Both the position numbers and the translations under genes were made by a program. 64,000 nucleotides of DNA, from the NCBI GenBank assembly GCA_963530045.1, contig CAUSDE010000026.1:10417-74416 (forward strand), in the 5' to 3' direction. Numbering within the stretch: position 1 is the first letter of the stretch; each line of letters opens with the position of its first letter. The notes beneath the pieces are model-generated. The model saw only the letters and a program-made list of their open reading frames with translations, had not been told where the DNA came from and searched no databases. The DNA comes from an uncultured Achromobacter sp. (GTDB lineage Bacteria > Pseudomonadota > Gammaproteobacteria > Burkholderiales > Burkholderiaceae_B). Positions 59,566-64,000 of this stretch are shown one piece after another.

Positions 59566-60549
59566 TTATCCGCGATGCTGCCGCAAGGTGTCCGACGGCA
59601 GGCAGCCGTAGCGCTTGCGGTAGTGCGTGGCGAAATGGCCGAAGCTCGTCACGCCGTGGCGCAGCAGGATGTCGGTCACGCTGTCGCCCGTGCGCGCGGA
59701 TTCAAGCGCCGCATGCACCAGCGCCAGGCGCTGGTTGCGTACGTAGTCGCTGGGGCTTTGTTTGAGGAATTGCGTGAAGCCGTTCTGCAGCGTGCGGATC
59801 GACACGCCACAGTGAGCCGCCAGATCCGCCAGCGAGATGGTTTCGTCGACGTGGGTTTCGATGTATTCGCGCGCCCGGCGCACGTGCTGGGGCAAGGGCT
59901 GCCGGCGATCGACGCGCAGCAGGTCCGAGTAGTTGTGGGGCAGCTGGGTCAGCAGCAGGGCCAGCAGATAGTCGGAAAAGCCTGCCGCCAGAGTCTGCGT
60001 CACGCCGTCGATGGCGGGATGCTGGTACAGCCGGCACAGGTAGTCCAGCGTTTCGCGCACGGCGGCCAGGCCCGGCGCATCCGGGTCCACTTCCAGGTCG
60101 AACACCAGCGCCTGCCGGATCGGCCGGTCCAGCAGACGTTGCAACTGGTGTTCCAGCGCCTGCCGTTCCACGCGCAGGATCAGATTGCGGCAATCCCGCC
60201 CGATGCTGATGACGCTGGGCTCCGACGGGGACGAGATCGTGAGGCTACCTTCGCGCATCAGGGCGCGGCGCTTGCCCAGCGTGACCAGGCCGGAGCCTTG
60301 CAGCGTGATGCGGATCAGGTAGTAGCTGGCGATGTCGCCGGCATCGATTTCGACTTCGGCGCCGTAGTGCAGGTCGAACAGCGCCGCGCTGCCGAAGAAC
60401 ACGCCGTATAGCCGCGACTGCAAGGGTTTCCCCTGAGCGACGCACATGCGGTGCGACCATAGGTGCTGGCTGACCTGGTCTTTGATCTCGGTGGCGTTGC
60501 CCGAGTCCAGCAAGCAATGGCGGTTCAGCGGATAGGTGTCGTTGAACAT
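59566..60549 (-). CDS. AraC-family regulator (AraC_binding_2 type)
   Basis: LHYGAEVEI, VRRAREYI, GVSIRTLQ, FGHFATHYRKRYGCLPSDT. Confidence 0.92.
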   Translation of the reverse strand: MFNDTYPLNRHCLLDSGNATEIKDQVSQHLWSHRMCVAQGKPLQSRLYGVFFGSAALFDLHYGAEVEIDAGDIASYYLIRITLQGSGLVTLGKRRALMREGSLTISSPSEPSVISIGRDCRNLILRVERQALEHQLQRLLDRPIRQALVFDLEVDPDAPGLAAVRETLDYLCRLYQHPAIDGVTQTLAAGFSDYLLALLLTQLPHNYSDLLRVDRRQPLPQHVRRAREYIETHVDETISLADLAAHCGVSIRTLQNGFTQFLKQSPSDYVRNQRLALVHAALESARTGDSVTDILLRHGVTSFGHFATHYRKRYGCLPSDTLRQHRG

Positions 60550-60669
60550 GCTTTCCTGCGCAGTGGGAACAGTCGTTGCGTCCGGCGTATAGAGCCGGTT
60601 TGCGCAAAGACCTACAACAGATGGACAAACGGGACGCAGCCCGATCCCGGCACACTCCAAGGGAAAAAC

Positions 60670-62046
60670 ATGACTGACGCCACCCCGCAGCAAGGGACAA
60701 GACGAAGCTACGCCTACGAGTGGTACGTCGTCGTGATCTGCATGCTAGCGTACATATTTTCCTTCGTCGACAGACAGATCCTGGCGCTGATGATCGAACC
60801 GATCAAGCAGGATCTGCAACTGTCCGACACGCAATTCAGCCTGCTGCACGGCTTGGCGTTTTCGTTGTTCTATGCGTTCATGGGCATTCCGATCGCCTTG
60901 CTTGCCGACCGCTATTCGCGGCCCAGGATCATCGCGATCGGGGTGGCGTTCTGGAGCCTGGCCACGGCCGCCTGTGGGCTGTCGCGCAATTTCGCGCAGA
61001 TGTTCCTGGCGCGCATCGGCGTGGGCGTGGGCGAAGCGGCCTTGTCGCCCGCTACCTATTCCATGCTTAGCGACATGTTCCCGCGTGAAAAGCTGGGGCG
61101 CGCGGTGGGCATCTATTCGATCGGGTCGTTCATCGGCGGCGGCATGGCCTTCCTGATCGGCGGCTATGTGATCGACCTGCTGAAAAGCGTCGACACCGTG
61201 GTGGTGCCGTGGATCGGCGCGATGCGGCCCTGGCAGGTCACGTTCTTCATCGTGGGGCTGCCCGGCCTGCTGGTGGCGCTGCTGATCCTGTTGACGGTGC
61301 GCGATCCGCAACGCCTTGGCCTGCGCCGCGATGCCGCCGGCCAGGCGCAAAAGCCCACGCTGCGCGACACGGCCCGCTTCCTGGGCCGGCACCGGGGCAC
61401 GTTCTTCTGCCATTACCTGGGCTTTTCGTTCTACGCCATGGTGCTGTTCGCGTTGCTGGGCTGGACGCCCGCGTTCTACATACGGAAGTTCGGCATGTCG
61501 CCGGTGGAAGTGGGGTACATGCTGGGCGTGGTGGTGCTGGTGGCCAATACGGCGGGCGTGTTCTGCGGCGGCTGGCTGATGGACCGGCTGGCCAAGCGCG
61601 GCTACAGCGACGCGCCCTTGCGCGCCGGCGTGATCGGCGCAGTCGGCATGGCCTTGCCGGCGGTGGCCTTCACGCAGGTGGACAGCCTGTGGCTGTCGGT
61701 GGGCCTGCTGCTGCCCGCGATGTTCTTCGCATCGTTCCCCATGCCCACGTCCACAGCGGCCATGCAGATCCTGCCGCCCAACCAGATCCGCGCCCAGGTG
61801 TCGGCCCTGTTCCTGCTGATTTCGAACCTGATCGGCCTGGGGCTGGGAACCACGGCGGTCGCCTTGCTGACCGACCGCCTGTTCAAGCAGCCGGCGGCGG
61901 TGGGGCAGTCGCTGTCCATCCTCGTCGGCGGCGCGACGGTGCTGTGCATCGTGCTGCTGGCAACCGGGTGTGCACGGTACCGGCGCAGCCTGGCGTTGGA
62001 GGACACCACGCAGGCGGCTCTGAGGCCCGCGCAGGCGGTGTCCTGA
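60670..62046 (+). CDS. MFS transporter (spinster-like)
   Basis: SFVDRQIL, LSDTQFSLL, ADRYSR, ARIGVGVGEA. Confidence 0.94.
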   Translation: MTDATPQQGTRRSYAYEWYVVVICMLAYIFSFVDRQILALMIEPIKQDLQLSDTQFSLLHGLAFSLFYAFMGIPIALLADRYSRPRIIAIGVAFWSLATAACGLSRNFAQMFLARIGVGVGEAALSPATYSMLSDMFPREKLGRAVGIYSIGSFIGGGMAFLIGGYVIDLLKSVDTVVVPWIGAMRPWQVTFFIVGLPGLLVALLILLTVRDPQRLGLRRDAAGQAQKPTLRDTARFLGRHRGTFFCHYLGFSFYAMVLFALLGWTPAFYIRKFGMSPVEVGYMLGVVVLVANTAGVFCGGWLMDRLAKRGYSDAPLRAGVIGAVGMALPAVAFTQVDSLWLSVGLLLPAMFFASFPMPTSTAAMQILPPNQIRAQVSALFLLISNLIGLGLGTTAVALLTDRLFKQPAAVGQSLSILVGGATVLCIVLLATGCARYRRSLALEDTTQAALRPAQAVS

Positions 62047-62225
62047 ACGGGGACGGGAGCGGGGGCCAGGCTTGGAGCCGCGTGCGGCCTGTACAGGCGG
62101 CCGGTCTCGGCCTGTACAGTGAGGCCAGCGTGATGCGATTGTGTATTTGCAGGGCGCTGGTACACAGTCAAGAATGGCCCGTACCGATGCCGCATGCCGC
62201 GGCCGTCCCCTGAACAGGAACTCCC

Positions 62226-63500
62226 ATGACGCTTGCCTCCGCAACCCCCACCCTGGCCGACCTGCGCGTGGATGGCGCGCGCTTATGGCAATCCTTGATG
62301 GACCTGGCCCGTATCGGCGGCACCGAGAAAGGCGGCGTGTGCCGGCTGGCGCTGACCGACCTGGACCGCCAGGGCCGGGACCTGTTCGTCAATTGGGCAA
62401 TGGACGCCGGCTGCGAGGTGCGCGTCGACGCCATCGGCAACATCTTTGCGCGCCGGCCGGGGCGCGACAACCGCCTGCCCGCAGTCATGACGGGCAGCCA
62501 TATCGATACCCAACCCACCGGCGGAAAATTCGACGGCAATTACGGCGTGCTGGCCGGCCTGGAGGTGTTGCGCACGCTCAACGAGGCCGGGGTGCAGACC
62601 GAGGCGCCGCTGGAACTGGCCGTATGGACCAATGAAGAGGGCTCGCGCTTCGTGCCGGTGATGATGGGCTCTGGCGTGTACGCGGGCGCCTTCACGCTGG
62701 AGCATGCGCTGTCGCAGCAGGACCGTGAGGGCGTCAGCGTGCGCCAGGCCTTGAGCGACATCGGCTACGGCGGCGACGCGGCCGTGCCGCCGGCGCAGCC
62801 GGACGGCGTGGGCGCGTACTTCGAGGCGCACATCGAGCAAGGCCCGGTGCTGGAAGCCGCCGATACCGTGATCGGCGTGGTGACGGCCGCGCTGGGCCAG
62901 CGCTGGTACGACGTGGTGCTGACGGGCGTGGAAGCGCACGCGGGGCCCACGCCCATGCCGCTGCGCCGCGACGCCTTGCTGGCGGCGTCCGACCTGGTGC
63001 TGGCCGTGAACCAGATCGCGCTGGCGCACGCGCCGGACGCGCGCGGGACCGTGGGCTGGATGGATGTGTTTCCGAATTCCCGCAACGTGATTCCCGGCCG
63101 CGTGCGCATGACGGTGGACTTGCGCGCGGCCGACGACGCCACGCTGTCCGCCATGGACGCCGCGCTGCGCGCAGCCGTGGATGCAGCGGCGACGGCCCGG
63201 GGCGTCGCCGCACAGGTGGAGCAAGTGGTGTACTTCCCGCCACAGCCCTTCGCGCCCGCGCTGGTGCAGTCGGTGCGCGACGGCGCCAAGGCCTTGGCGA
63301 TGTCCGCCATGGACGTGGTCAGCGGCGCCGGGCACGACGCTGTCTACCTGGCGCGCGTGGCCCCCGCTGCGATGATCTTCGTGCCCTGCAAGGATGGCAT
63401 CAGCCACAACGAGATCGAGGACGCGCGCCCCGAGCACCTGGAGGCGGGATGCAATGTCCTGCTGCGCGCCATGCTGGCGCAAGCCGGCGTGGCGGCATGA
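62226..63500 (+). CDS. M20 Zn amidohydrolase (N-carbamoyl-amino acid hydrolase/allantoate amidohydrolase family)
   Basis: GSHIDTQPTGGKFDG, WTNEEGSRF, EAHIEQGP, HAGPTPM, SGAGHDA, GISHNE. Confidence 0.94.
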   Translation: MTLASATPTLADLRVDGARLWQSLMDLARIGGTEKGGVCRLALTDLDRQGRDLFVNWAMDAGCEVRVDAIGNIFARRPGRDNRLPAVMTGSHIDTQPTGGKFDGNYGVLAGLEVLRTLNEAGVQTEAPLELAVWTNEEGSRFVPVMMGSGVYAGAFTLEHALSQQDREGVSVRQALSDIGYGGDAAVPPAQPDGVGAYFEAHIEQGPVLEAADTVIGVVTAALGQRWYDVVLTGVEAHAGPTPMPLRRDALLAASDLVLAVNQIALAHAPDARGTVGWMDVFPNSRNVIPGRVRMTVDLRAADDATLSAMDAALRAAVDAAATARGVAAQVEQVVYFPPQPFAPALVQSVRDGAKALAMSAMDVVSGAGHDAVYLARVAPAAMIFVPCKDGISHNEIEDARPEHLEAGCNVLLRAMLAQAGVAA

Positions 63501-63628
63501 TCCGCTGACGCGCACGCCCGCACCACGGCGGCGCATGGTGCGCTGCCCTGGTGCCGCCGGCCACGGGACCGCGCCGTTCCTGACCGCATTTCCCGGGGCC
63601 TGCCCCGGGCGCTCCAATGCCCTGCACA

Positions 63629-63644
63629 TGGCACAGAACTTGCT
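63629..63644 (+). promoter_or_regulatory. sigma54 -24/-12 promoter
   Basis: TGGCAC-AGAAC-TTGCT. Confidence 0.8.
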
Positions 63645-63694
63645 TATACAAATTCTGTGTACTAACTCTGTGCACGTGACCCTGGAGAACCACA

Positions 63695-64000
63695 ATGCAG
63701 ACACGGAGTATCCGCATCCAATCCCTGGCCGCCGCACTTGCGCTGACGGCAGCGGGCGCCGCCGCCTTCTCGCCGGTCACGGCGCACGCTGAAAAGGTGC
63801 TGCGCATCGGCATGACGGCGGGGGACATCCCGCGCACGCTGGGCCAGCCTGACCAGGGGTTCGAGGGCAACCGCTTCACCGGTATTCCGATGTACGACGG
63901 CCTGACCCAGTGGGACCTGTCCAAGCAGGATGGCCCCAGCGTGCTGATTCCCGGTCTGGCCCTGTCCTGGGACGTGGATGCCGCCGATAAGACCAAATGG
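63695..64000 (+). CDS. ABC substrate-binding protein family 5, truncated at the window edge
   Basis: GGAG SD; MQTRSIRIQSLAAALALTAAGAAAFSPVTAHA signal, then LRIGMTAGDIP..GQPDQGFEG..MYDGLTQWD..LIPGLALSW. Confidence 0.88.
   Translation, partial: MQTRSIRIQSLAAALALTAAGAAAFSPVTAHAEKVLRIGMTAGDIPRTLGQPDQGFEGNRFTGIPMYDGLTQWDLSKQDGPSVLIPGLALSWDVDAADKTKW

Noticed and set aside
1..64000. CRISPR arrays, IS elements, integrases, tRNA/rRNA and recognisable anti-phage genes
   Set aside because: None detected by eye; no repeat-spacer arrays or transposase/recombinase motifs.

Overview
A GC-rich betaproteobacterial chromosomal segment, most consistent with Achromobacter/Alcaligenaceae (inferred from Bug proteins, codon style and gene content). 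From left to right: an uncharacterised 1427-aa protein plus the start of a tightly linked second gene running off the left edge; a Zn alcohol dehydrogenase with LysR; a LysR/Bug/CitE/CoA-transferase module; biotin genes bioA, bioF, bioH and a bioC-bioD fusion (no bioB); an FNR-box-controlled cbb3 oxidase locus whose CcoI has lost its ATPase domains; an L-lyxonate-type sugar-acid cluster with an unexplained PdxA homologue; small accessory genes, including a 59-aa membrane ORF missing from the ORF track; a DUF4148 / MexMN-like RND / GT4 glycosyltransferase / two-component module whose four promoters share one identically spaced motif; a PATR autotransporter; glycine-riboswitch dadA; ampC; an opine-dehydrogenase catabolic cluster; an M20 amidohydrolase; and a sigma54-promoter ABC binding protein at the right edge. 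No rRNA, tRNA, CRISPR, transposase or integrase was seen. Family assignments come from motif recognition by eye, not database searches.
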